Shown here: positions 27,794-35,805 of the stretch, in pieces
Numbering within the stretch: the first letter of the stretch is position 1
Layout: every line of letters starts with the position of its first letter
Origin: a virus
Length of the DNA stretch: 64,000 bases
Virus record (IMG/VR): IMGVR_UViG_3300045391_003842
Coordinates: 32,001-96,000 of that record
Direction: 5' to 3' (one strand)
The notes under the pieces: generated by a model
Database searches by the model: none
The model's input: only the letters and a program-made list of their open reading frames with translations
What the model was told of the DNA's origin: nothing
Program-made: the position numbers and the translations under genes

Positions 27794-27981
27794 GTTTCAT
27801 CACGCTGTTTAAGGCAGACCGCGTGAAGCTGGTCACGACGCGGGCGGTCCTCATTCAGTATGACGGGCTCCGTGAGATCTGGATTCCGCGGTCTGTCATC
27901 GAAAACGGCGACACGATCGCGAAAGACGATGAAGACGTTGTTGTGCAGGAGTGGTTTGCCGAACGAGAAGGTTTGGAATGA
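27790..27981 (+). CDS. Small hypothetical protein
   Basis: TTRAVLI...EIWIPRSVI...WFAEREGL. ATGA coupling. Confidence 0.7.
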   Translation: MSFITLFKADRVKLVTTRAVLIQYDGLREIWIPRSVIENGDTIAKDDEDVVVQEWFAEREGLE

Positions 27982-28120
27982 AACTACCACAACGCCATCA
28001 CAAGTATGACCTGTACCCGGCCGATCCTTACGCGGCCGTGGCGCAGTTGGTCATCTGTGTTAACGTTGTGGTTTTGATTGTAATGGCTTTGATCGGCGTT
28101 TGGAAATTGGCGGGTGGATA

Positions 28121-29419
28121 ATGTCGGACTGTTCTATCTGTGGGCGCCCCCAGTTCGACACACCGAGTGGCGTCACCTGTGAAAATGGACATGGAGGTGC
28201 ACCTTCCGATGGCTATGAACGCTTTGATGGGATACCTGACGCTGGGCCTGATGACATGCCTGTCGCTGCTGATTGGGATGGAGGTCGCGGTGCGTCGCCG
28301 CCGCTTGCGCCCGGCAAGCTACCGCCGCAAAGGTCGCGCGATCCGCTGAGCAACATCGTCCTTTCGGATGAACAGCAAGAGCTATACGACAACATTGACC
28401 GGTTCATCGGCGATCCGTTTGCTGGCGACGTCTATCACTATGATGGGCTCGCCGGCACCGGCAAATCTGTCGTGTTGGCCAAGGCCGGGCAGAACAACCC
28501 TGGCTGCATGATGGTGGCGCTGTCCGGCCGGGCGGCGTCGCTCCTGCATCAAAAGTCAGGACTAAGCACGTCAACCATCCACGCGGCGATCTACAAGCTG
28601 ATGCGTGAGATCGAATTTGACAACGGCAAGCGCCAGATGGAATGGCGCAGCGCGCATAACGACGGCGCACTGTCCGGCGTGACGTTCCTGCTGGACGAAA
28701 AGTCCATGATCGGGCACCGCATCGCCCGCGACATCCTGCGTACGGGCGCGCGGATCGTGGCGGCCGGCGATCCAGGCCAGTTGCCGCCGATCCAGGATCA
28801 GCAGTACTTCGTCAACCCGGATTTCACCCTGCGCCAGATCCACCGTCAGGCGCTGGAAAGCCCGATCGTGCGGCAGGCGCACCGGGTGCGGGCCGGCGAA
28901 CGCTACCAGAACGATGGGTCGAACTTCCGCGTCGTGGATCGATTGCCGCGTGACGAGTTGATGCAGGCCGACATGGTGCTCTGCTGGAAGAACACCACGC
29001 GCGTTGAGATCACCAAGGTGATCAGATCCATGAAGGGTCTGGCCAAAAACTATCCGCGGGCTGGCGAGTTCGTCATGTGCCTGAAGAATGCGCCTGACTA
29101 TGGCCTGTTCAACGGCGCCGTCTATACGCTGACACGAGACTTTAACAACGGCGACAATGTCATCTGGCTGGACTACGAAGGAGAGGAAATCTACGTTCCG
29201 AACGTCAAGTTTGAAGGCATGGTCAACACGGTGCCGGTTGGTGACGTGGTAACGACTAGCTTCACGTTTGGTTACGTGTACACCGTTCACAAGGCTCAGG
29301 GCTCCGAAGCGAAGAGTGTAGTACTCGTGGATGAGTATGCTATGCCTGATTTCGCGATCGAGTGGCGTTATACGGCCATTACGAGAGCGCAAGAACGTAT
29401 CACGATTATCCCACACTGA
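28121..29419 (+). CDS. Dda/RecD-like SF1B DNA helicase
   Basis: Walker A GLAGTGKS, STIH, LLDEKSM, GDPGQLPP, IHRQA, TVHKAQGSE, YTAITRA. Confidence 0.93.
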   Translation: MSDCSICGRPQFDTPSGVTCENGHGGAPSDGYERFDGIPDAGPDDMPVAADWDGGRGASPPLAPGKLPPQRSRDPLSNIVLSDEQQELYDNIDRFIGDPFAGDVYHYDGLAGTGKSVVLAKAGQNNPGCMMVALSGRAASLLHQKSGLSTSTIHAAIYKLMREIEFDNGKRQMEWRSAHNDGALSGVTFLLDEKSMIGHRIARDILRTGARIVAAGDPGQLPPIQDQQYFVNPDFTLRQIHRQALESPIVRQAHRVRAGERYQNDGSNFRVVDRLPRDELMQADMVLCWKNTTRVEITKVIRSMKGLAKNYPRAGEFVMCLKNAPDYGLFNGAVYTLTRDFNNGDNVIWLDYEGEEIYVPNVKFEGMVNTVPVGDVVTTSFTFGYVYTVHKAQGSEAKSVVLVDEYAMPDFAIEWRYTAITRAQERITIIPH

Positions 29420-29429
29420 GAGGTTCACG

Positions 29430-29882
29430 ATGAGCCAGTACCCTACGGTCTACCGCTTCAGCGGGGACGGCTCGCTTTCTCAACTCGGCCTGCTGCCGGA
29501 TTGGCTCAGCTTGGTGGTTAGGGAAGCCAATGCGACCGGCGAATGGGAAGACGCCATGGAGGACATCGGCAACTGCAAGATAGTTGAAGCCTACGGCGTT
29601 ACAAATGAAACTTTAACGGTATGGCGCCGTAGCGGTGATGAATGGCTGGTGGAGTACCATGACTTTGATCGGCCTATCATGATGATTCACATCCTGGGCG
29701 GCTTGGATTTCTGGAAGTTCCAGATGACACAACTTCATGTTCTTGCGCAGAAAATCATGGTGGCAGATCGCTACCACAAGGATATTCGGTCAAATTGCGG
29801 CCTAGCGACGGATGAAGAAGAGGACGCCGAGACCGACGCGGATAGCCTATCAAAATTGACACGTCCGACGCGGATGAATTGA
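29430..29882 (+). CDS. Hypothetical protein
   Basis: GAGG RBS before MSQYPT. Confidence 0.65.
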   Translation: MSQYPTVYRFSGDGSLSQLGLLPDWLSLVVREANATGEWEDAMEDIGNCKIVEAYGVTNETLTVWRRSGDEWLVEYHDFDRPIMMIHILGGLDFWKFQMTQLHVLAQKIMVADRYHKDIRSNCGLATDEEEDAETDADSLSKLTRPTRMN

Positions 29883-29929
29883 TAAGAGAGAAGTGATATA
29901 GCAGGGCTCCACGCAACAGGAGCCCTGAA

Positions 29930-30148
29930 ATGCCTTCGCAGTCCCGAGCCCAGCACAATTTCATGGAGATGGTGGCGCACGATCCAGGCGCGGCCAAACG
30001 CACGGGCGTACCGAAGAAAGTCGGCGAAGACTTTGCAAACGCTGACAAAAAAGACGATGGTTACAAAGACCGCGAGCATGTCGCAAAGAAAGCGGCAGAG
30101 CACGGGATGAGCCCTGAAATATACAGGACGTTGTACGGCATTCGCTGA
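29930..30148 (+). CDS. Small conserved-type phage protein
   Basis: MPSQSRAQHNFM..VAHDP..AK..GVP..V..DF..AD. AGGAG RBS. Confidence 0.7.
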   Translation: MPSQSRAQHNFMEMVAHDPGAAKRTGVPKKVGEDFANADKKDDGYKDREHVAKKAAEHGMSPEIYRTLYGIR

Positions 30149-30223
30149 ACGTTCTCTTGCGTCCGGCGGATCTGCCTGTACAGTCCGGCCGGGTTTTGCA
30201 TTCCGCAATTCCTTTATCCAAAA

Positions 30224-33200
30224 ATGGAGACACACCTGATGAGATCAGTGGTGACGGTCTATCCGATCGGCTCCCAAGTCTCTGGCGTGCCTTTTGTCGT
30301 TTCGGGAACGATCAACTACTATCCGACGATCGATGTCTCAGACGATGGCGTGAATTTCGATGATGCCAATGTGGGAGGATCGGCGCTGTCCACCTCCACG
30401 TGGCATTTCACGCACCAAGGCATGCCGGTCGGCAACTACACCTTCCGCTTTGAGTCCGGCGACGGATCATCCGGCGTCGTGACGTCCAACCCGTTCGCTG
30501 TCGTCAATCCGCACACCATCACGCCAAACGCGCCAACCGGCGCCGTGGAAGGCGCGCCGTTCATCTTCACCGGCTCGCTGGGCAACTACGCGCAACCGCC
30601 CAACCTCACCGCGGCAATCGACAGCGGCACGCCGTTCGCGCTGTCTGGTGTCAGTGCCAGCGGGTGGAACACCACGCTGACTATCGAGACATCCGGCACC
30701 CACACGCTGACTGTCAGCGATGGCACCTTGTCTACGACCACCGCGGCCTTCAGCGTCGCCGCATCGGGCGTGGCGCCTCCGCCGCCGGTATCCGGCGTGG
30801 TGTGGGATGCAACGCACAAGTCCAGCACCATCGTCCTGTCCAACGGCAGCGGCACGGCGACGTCCAGCGGCACCGGAGCCCAGTCGGTTCTGGCCACCGT
30901 GCCGGTCCCGGCGTCCGGCTTCGCCGCCTGGGAGGTCATCGCGAGCGCGGTCACCACGGATTGGGCGGCTGGCGTGGCCGATCGCAGCTACGCGCTGGAT
31001 TTCGGGGGCGGCCTTGGCGGCGATCAGCACGGCGCCGGCTACTACATAAACAGCCCTCCGGAGGAAACCTGGTACAACGGCACGTTGGTCAACGGCTCCA
31101 GCGGGACCGATTCGACCGGCGCGGCCATCTCGTTCGTCGCGTCCGGCCTGCAACTCTGGGTATCGACGCCGGAAATGCGGGCGAACGGCTTTAACTTCAA
31201 CAATTCGACCACTGCGGACCCGGCAACTGGCGTCGGCGGCATCAACGTCTCCGGAATCGGCCTGCCGTTCTATCCGGCGTTCAACGTGCTGGAGACTGGC
31301 GCGTCGGCGACGATCAACGGCGGGGCAAGCGGGGCGTTCTCGGCCTTCCTGACCACCTACATGGCGGCGCACACCGCGATCAAGGCGCTGGACGGCACGA
31401 TTGTGTCCGGCGGCGGATCGTCTGGCGTGCCGGCGGTTCACACCATAACGCCGGTTTCGCCGGGCACCGTGACGGCCGGGCAGGCGTTCACCTTCCACGG
31501 CACGATCAGCGGCTATGGCGGCACGGCACCGACGCTGCTGTACGAGGTGGACAACGGTTCGCCGGCCCTGGTGTCAGGTGTCACGGCGTCCGGGTGGTCC
31601 ATGACGCTGAACCTGAGCGTCCTGGGATCTCACACCCTGCTGGTGACAGACGGTGCGGTGTCGGGTTCCACCACGGTGGTGGTCCAGGCAGCCTCCGGAA
31701 CCGGCGGCGGCGGAGCCAATGGCATCCCGCGCGTGACGGCGCCGTTGACGGGCACGGTCACCAAAGGCACGTGGCTGCAAAATCAGCGGCTGAACGTCGC
31801 GGCGATGCCTCATGGGTTCATCGCCTACGATCTGTTGCTGCCGGCGCAGTACGATCCGAGCCTCGTCTATCCGATCATGGTCTACGGCCATGAGAATGAC
31901 GAAGGCATGAACGGGGGCTCGTATCCGTCCTCCAATCTGGCGACGGAAAATGGGGCGGTCGGGCCGGGTCTGAGCGCGGACTCGTGTTTCAACACCGTTG
32001 CATTCAGAACGGCGTTCCCCTGCATCGTGGTCGTGCCGTACTGTGACCAATCTCTCGACACCTCCGGTGCCAATCCGAATGCTAACTTTGGCGGCTACGC
32101 GGATACACCGGATAGTGGCGGCAACGAACAGGGCGTGCTGGCGCTGGTGCGGTTCCTGCAATCGACGTACAGTGTGGATGCAACGCGTATCTACATCACA
32201 GGCGACTCGTTGGGCGCGATCGGGGCCTTGGCCCAGATGGTGGACAACAACGCCTATGGTACCGGTACTGTCAACCACGTGTTCGCCGCCGGCATGGGTT
32301 TTTCCGATCAGCTTTACCGGCCGACCATTTCCGGTGGATCGAACAGCCCCGTCATCCAGGCGATGAAGAACGTCCCGTACTTGGCGATCGGCACACCCGA
32401 CGACAACAACGAGGCGATCTACGATCAAGCGGCGTGGCAGGCGTACACGGGCGGCGCTTCCTACCCGACCGCGGCCAACTACACGTCAGGTGGCGTGGCG
32501 GCGCTGAACGCACCCGGCACCCAGTTCTACTATCTGCATGACGCAAACGATGTGCCGTGGAATGACGGCTATCGCCAGTTGGATGCGGACGGCGGCAAGG
32601 GTACCGCGCTTTATACGTGGCTGTTCGACCAGATCGTCAGCGGTGTGTCGGTCGGCACAGTGCCGGCACCGGCCGCCTCGGCTGGGTACCACACGATCAC
32701 CTACGGTCCGACCATCGTGCTGGGTAAAACGGCTGATCCGGTGACCAGTTTCCCTGAGTTCTCGGGTTCGGTGAACTGGGTGCCGTTCACCTTCTATGGC
32801 ACATCGTGGGCTTCGATCGGTGCGGTGCAGAACGCGGACGGCTCTGTCACGTTGGATGGAACCGGCCAGACGTTCGGCAACGGGCTCGCCACGGCCGCGG
32901 CAGGCGACGCCAACCTGACGTCGGATCGTCTGTCCTTCACCGGCACGGCCTTTGGCGGCGGCTTCTACGTTGAAGCTGTCATGAAGGGTGACGGGCCGAT
33001 GTCGTTCTGGGCGAACGATATCGAAACCATGAATGGCGTCTCGGTGAATGCCGGGCCGAATGCATGGGCCGGTCAGGTGTCAGGCTACGGCGATTGGATC
33101 GAAGCGGACATCGCGGAGTTCGACACGACCGGATCGTACGGCATCGCGCTCCACAACTGGTACGGAGCGGTCGGGTCCAACAACGATGTCAACACCGGCT

Positions 33201-35083
33201 TTGCCAAGGTGGCGCCCTCGCCGACGCCTGATTACACGCAGTACCACACCTACGGTGCTCTGTGGGTGCCGGCGACGGTATCGGGGCATGGTTCCTTCAA
33301 GTTCTATTTTGATGGAACGGAAGTTGCGGAGGTAACCTGGGATCAGTTCAATGCTGCGCTGACTCCGCCGCCGACCGCTCAAGCCTCTGTCACGTCGGGA
33401 GTGCCGCAGACGGCTGGCGGCCTGACCGCGTTTGGCGTCATGGACAACCTGCATCTCGCCCTCATCATGGGCGCGGGCAGCGGGAGCACCGTGACGTTCA
33501 AGAGCGTAACGGTCTGGCAGCGGGACGCCTCGAAAAACCTCGCTCCGTCCGGCACGATCATCCCGCCGCCGTCTGGCGAATCGAGAGATGGCACGATCGT
33601 CAATGGTACGACCGGCCAGCTTATCGACAGCCAGAACAACGTCTGGGCGATCAACGCTGGTGGCGTGATCACGGTCAATGGCACGCCGGACAACACTACG
33701 GGCAACGTGCTGCGTCTCGTCTATTCCAACCACACGATCTGGCAGCAGAACGCGGATCTCATGTGGTGGAACAAGACAAGCGCGGGCGCGTCGTGGACGC
33801 CGGCCACCGGCACGTCAACATCGCCGTTGTCCAACGCGGCGCCGTCATCGAACAAGGCCACGATCACGGCGCCGACTGCCACCGTGCTGACGGATGTCTC
33901 GGGCAACGCCTACGGCATCAACAGCGGGCAGGTGATGGTCAACGGCACGGCAGACTCCAGCACGTCCAACGTGGTGGAACTGGCGTATGTCGCGGGCGTC
34001 ATGTGGCAGGAAACCGCGTCCGGCGTCTGGTATGGCAAGTCCAGCCCGACCGCGGCATGGTCCCCATCCGGCGGTACCACGACGTCGCCTTTGGCGTCGG
34101 GCAGCGGCGGTGGCGGAACGCCAACCGGCCAGTTCCATATCAGCGGCGGCAAGATCATCGATCCGAACGGAAAGGTGTTCATCGCGGCCGGTGTCAATAT
34201 CTATGACACGGATCTGGCGGGCGCGATCACGGGACCGGACTGCAATCCCCTGCTGTCCACGTTCCCAGGCTGCAACTTCGTGCGGGTGCCGGTCTACGCG
34301 TACCAAGATCCCTCTTTCTTCGCGCAGCAGATTGCCTGGGCGACGGCGAAAGGGATCGTGATCGAACTCGAAGACCACACCAACACCAGCGGTGGCAACG
34401 CTGGCGGCAATGACCAGGGCGGTGTCATCTTCTCTGGCTCCAGGCTAACCCAGGAACTGAACTGGTATGCGAGTTGCGCGGCCTATTATGCGAACAACCC
34501 GTATGTCTGGTTTGGTACCGACAACGAACCGGCGACGAAAACCAACGCGAGCGGATCTTCGGACCCGAACGCGTTGTCCTCGTGGCAGCAGCAGACCTAC
34601 AATGCTGTGCGCAACGCGGGCTCCGATGCGATCGTGATGATTGAGGCGGTGGGCTGGGATACGCCCCAGTCGTACGGCCAATACATCACACCTTCCTATT
34701 TCACCGGCATGACGAACGCGATTATCGACATGCATGTGTATGGAGAGGCCTATAGCGGCACGACGGCGAGCAACATCGCCAGCGTGATCAACGAGAACAT
34801 CGCGTACATCCAGGGGAACCAAACCTCTGCGGATGGCGTGATGCCAGTGCTGATCGGAGAGTTCGGCAACGCCACGGACGGGCAACACTTCGACTCGAAC
34901 GGCGCGGCGACGGTGACGGCTGTCACCCAGGTGGCCGGTGCCAACTCCGCGGGTTTCGCGGCGTGGAACTGGCAGCCCGGCAACGGCGACATTGACGCTC
35001 TGCGGAACGGCAATGGCAGCCTGACGGACTACGGTCAGCAGATTGCGACGGGCATCGCGGCAGCGGCAGCCAATCGCAGCTAA
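30224..35083 (+). CDS. Large multidomain polysaccharide-degrading protein: Ig-like, SPRY/ConA-like, alpha/beta hydrolase, GH16-like, repeats, GH5
   Basis: Nucleophile elbow RIYITGDSLG. GH16-type EADIAE. GH5 acid/base DNEP, HVY and nucleophile IGEFG. Confidence 0.85.
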   Translation: METHLMRSVVTVYPIGSQVSGVPFVVSGTINYYPTIDVSDDGVNFDDANVGGSALSTSTWHFTHQGMPVGNYTFRFESGDGSSGVVTSNPFAVVNPHTITPNAPTGAVEGAPFIFTGSLGNYAQPPNLTAAIDSGTPFALSGVSASGWNTTLTIETSGTHTLTVSDGTLSTTTAAFSVAASGVAPPPPVSGVVWDATHKSSTIVLSNGSGTATSSGTGAQSVLATVPVPASGFAAWEVIASAVTTDWAAGVADRSYALDFGGGLGGDQHGAGYYINSPPEETWYNGTLVNGSSGTDSTGAAISFVASGLQLWVSTPEMRANGFNFNNSTTADPATGVGGINVSGIGLPFYPAFNVLETGASATINGGASGAFSAFLTTYMAAHTAIKALDGTIVSGGGSSGVPAVHTITPVSPGTVTAGQAFTFHGTISGYGGTAPTLLYEVDNGSPALVSGVTASGWSMTLNLSVLGSHTLLVTDGAVSGSTTVVVQAASGTGGGGANGIPRVTAPLTGTVTKGTWLQNQRLNVAAMPHGFIAYDLLLPAQYDPSLVYPIMVYGHENDEGMNGGSYPSSNLATENGAVGPGLSADSCFNTVAFRTAFPCIVVVPYCDQSLDTSGANPNANFGGYADTPDSGGNEQGVLALVRFLQSTYSVDATRIYITGDSLGAIGALAQMVDNNAYGTGTVNHVFAAGMGFSDQLYRPTISGGSNSPVIQAMKNVPYLAIGTPDDNNEAIYDQAAWQAYTGGASYPTAANYTSGGVAALNAPGTQFYYLHDANDVPWNDGYRQLDADGGKGTALYTWLFDQIVSGVSVGTVPAPAASAGYHTITYGPTIVLGKTADPVTSFPEFSGSVNWVPFTFYGTSWASIGAVQNADGSVTLDGTGQTFGNGLATAAAGDANLTSDRLSFTGTAFGGGFYVEAVMKGDGPMSFWANDIETMNGVSVNAGPNAWAGQVSGYGDWIEADIAEFDTTGSYGIALHNWYGAVGSNNDVNTGFAKVAPSPTPDYTQYHTYGALWVPATVSGHGSFKFYFDGTEVAEVTWDQFNAALTPPPTAQASVTSGVPQTAGGLTAFGVMDNLHLALIMGAGSGSTVTFKSVTVWQRDASKNLAPSGTIIPPPSGESRDGTIVNGTTGQLIDSQNNVWAINAGGVITVNGTPDNTTGNVLRLVYSNHTIWQQNADLMWWNKTSAGASWTPATGTSTSPLSNAAPSSNKATITAPTATVLTDVSGNAYGINSGQVMVNGTADSSTSNVVELAYVAGVMWQETASGVWYGKSSPTAAWSPSGGTTTSPLASGSGGGGTPTGQFHISGGKIIDPNGKVFIAAGVNIYDTDLAGAITGPDCNPLLSTFPGCNFVRVPVYAYQDPSFFAQQIAWATAKGIVIELEDHTNTSGGNAGGNDQGGVIFSGSRLTQELNWYASCAAYYANNPYVWFGTDNEPATKTNASGSSDPNALSSWQQQTYNAVRNAGSDAIVMIEAVGWDTPQSYGQYITPSYFTGMTNAIIDMHVYGEAYSGTTASNIASVINENIAYIQGNQTSADGVMPVLIGEFGNATDGQHFDSNGAATVTAVTQVAGANSAGFAAWNWQPGNGDIDALRNGNGSLTDYGQQIATGIAAAAANRS

Positions 35084-35112
35084 GGCAGAGCGGGAAACCG
35101 CTGGCTAAGGCA

Positions 35113-35149
35113 GGGCGCCAGGGTCTTCGGACTCTGGCGCTTTTTCTTT
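35113..35149 (+). terminator. Intrinsic terminator
   Basis: GGCGCCAGGGTC-TTCG-GACTCTGGCGCT followed by a T-run. Confidence 0.85.
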
Positions 35150-35174
35150 CACCCGTAGGTGACAATTTTTAGAC

Positions 35175-35203
35175 TTGCACGACCGCGCAAAATGCGCGAT
35201 ATC
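35175..35203 (+). promoter_or_regulatory. Candidate promoter for the RNA array and rsr
   Basis: TTGCAC-17-GATATC. The predicted start coincides with the first RNA unit at about 35210. Confidence 0.45.
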
Positions 35204-35209
35204 TCCGCC

Positions 35210-35276
35210 TGTCGATAGCGTGAGCCCACGGATACTTCTGGCATGTTGTAAGCCCGTGAGCGATTAAACTTCGACA
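35210..35276 (+). ncRNA. Y-RNA-like unit 1 (short; Ala-GGC-like loop)
   Basis: TGTCGA/TCGACA outer stem, TAGCGT, CACGG/CCGTG inner stem, ATACTTC, TTAAACT. Confidence 0.7.
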
Positions 35277-35284
35277 ACAGTTTT

Positions 35285-35376
35285 CGCTGGATAGCGTAGA
35301 ACTCGGTTGCATCGGTCTGATAAACCGTTACGGGCTTGCGCCCGTGGCACTGCCGGGATCGCCTAACCTTCCGGCG
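35285..35376 (+). ncRNA. Y-RNA-like unit 2 (Ile-GAU anticodon stem-loop)
   Basis: CGCTGGA/TCCGGCG stem, TAGCGT, CTCGG/CCGGG, cggt-CTGATAA-accg hairpin, CCTAACCT. Confidence 0.75.
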
Positions 35377-35385
35377 TTTGAATAT

Positions 35386-35522
35386 GTGGGTAGCGTATGT
35401 AGCGGTTACTTCTCAAAAACTTTGGGTCGGTGGTTCGAATCCACTTCTGTCATCTTCGGGTGGCGGGTAGCTCAGGGGTAGAGCAAAAGTCAAACAAGGT
35501 CCGTTGCAGTCTGATCTCCCAC
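35386..35522 (+). ncRNA. YrlA-type Y RNA unit 3 (permuted tRNA body; Leu-CAA-like loop)
   Basis: Scaffold plus T arm GGTGG-TTCGAAT-CCACT, acceptor stem closed by cUUCGg, then D arm GCTC-AGGGGTA-GAGC. T-before-D order. Confidence 0.88.
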
Positions 35523-35557
35523 TTTTAGTTTGCGTATGGAGGTAGAACACGAAATAC

Positions 35558-35623
35558 ACTGGATAGCGTTAGATTGCGGTTACTTCTTTGGTGAACCACA
35601 CCGTAGTCGATTGATCTTCCGGT
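35558..35623 (+). ncRNA. Y-RNA-like unit 4 (short; Gln-UUG-like loop)
   Basis: ACTGGA/TCCGGT stem, TAGCGT, GATTGCGG/CCGTAGTC, TTACTTC, TTGATCT. Confidence 0.75.
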
Positions 35624-35630
35624 AGTAAAC

Positions 35631-35769
35631 GATGGATAGCGTAGAGAACGGTTACTTCGCATCTGGAGCGCGAGGTCGTTGGTTCGAGTCCAACTCCGTC
35701 CACCTTTCACGGGCGGGTAGCTCAGTCGGTAGAGCGCGTACTGTTACTGTTGTCGCCTGATCTTCCATC
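35631..35769 (+). ncRNA. YrlA-type Y RNA unit 5 (permuted tRNA body; Gln-CUG-like loop)
   Basis: GATGGA/TCCATC stem. AGGTC variable loop, T arm GTTGG-TTCGAGT-CCAAC, closed acceptor TCCGTCC/GGGCGGG, D arm GCTC-AGTCGGTA-GAGC. Confidence 0.88.
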
Positions 35770-35805
35770 ACTCGCTACCGGCTCACTTTCAACAGGAGCC
35801 AAGCC

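Noticed and set aside
35386-35769. Canonical tRNA genes (GGTTCGAATCC, GGTTCGAGTCC, TAGCTCAG motifs)
   Set aside because: The T arm precedes the D arm, the acceptor stem is closed by a loop and there is no free CCA end. These are permuted YrlA-type domains, not tRNAs.
35210-35769. CRISPR array
   Set aside because: The repeats are short and degenerate, unit lengths range from about 65 to 140 nt, conservation is structural, and no cas genes are in the window.
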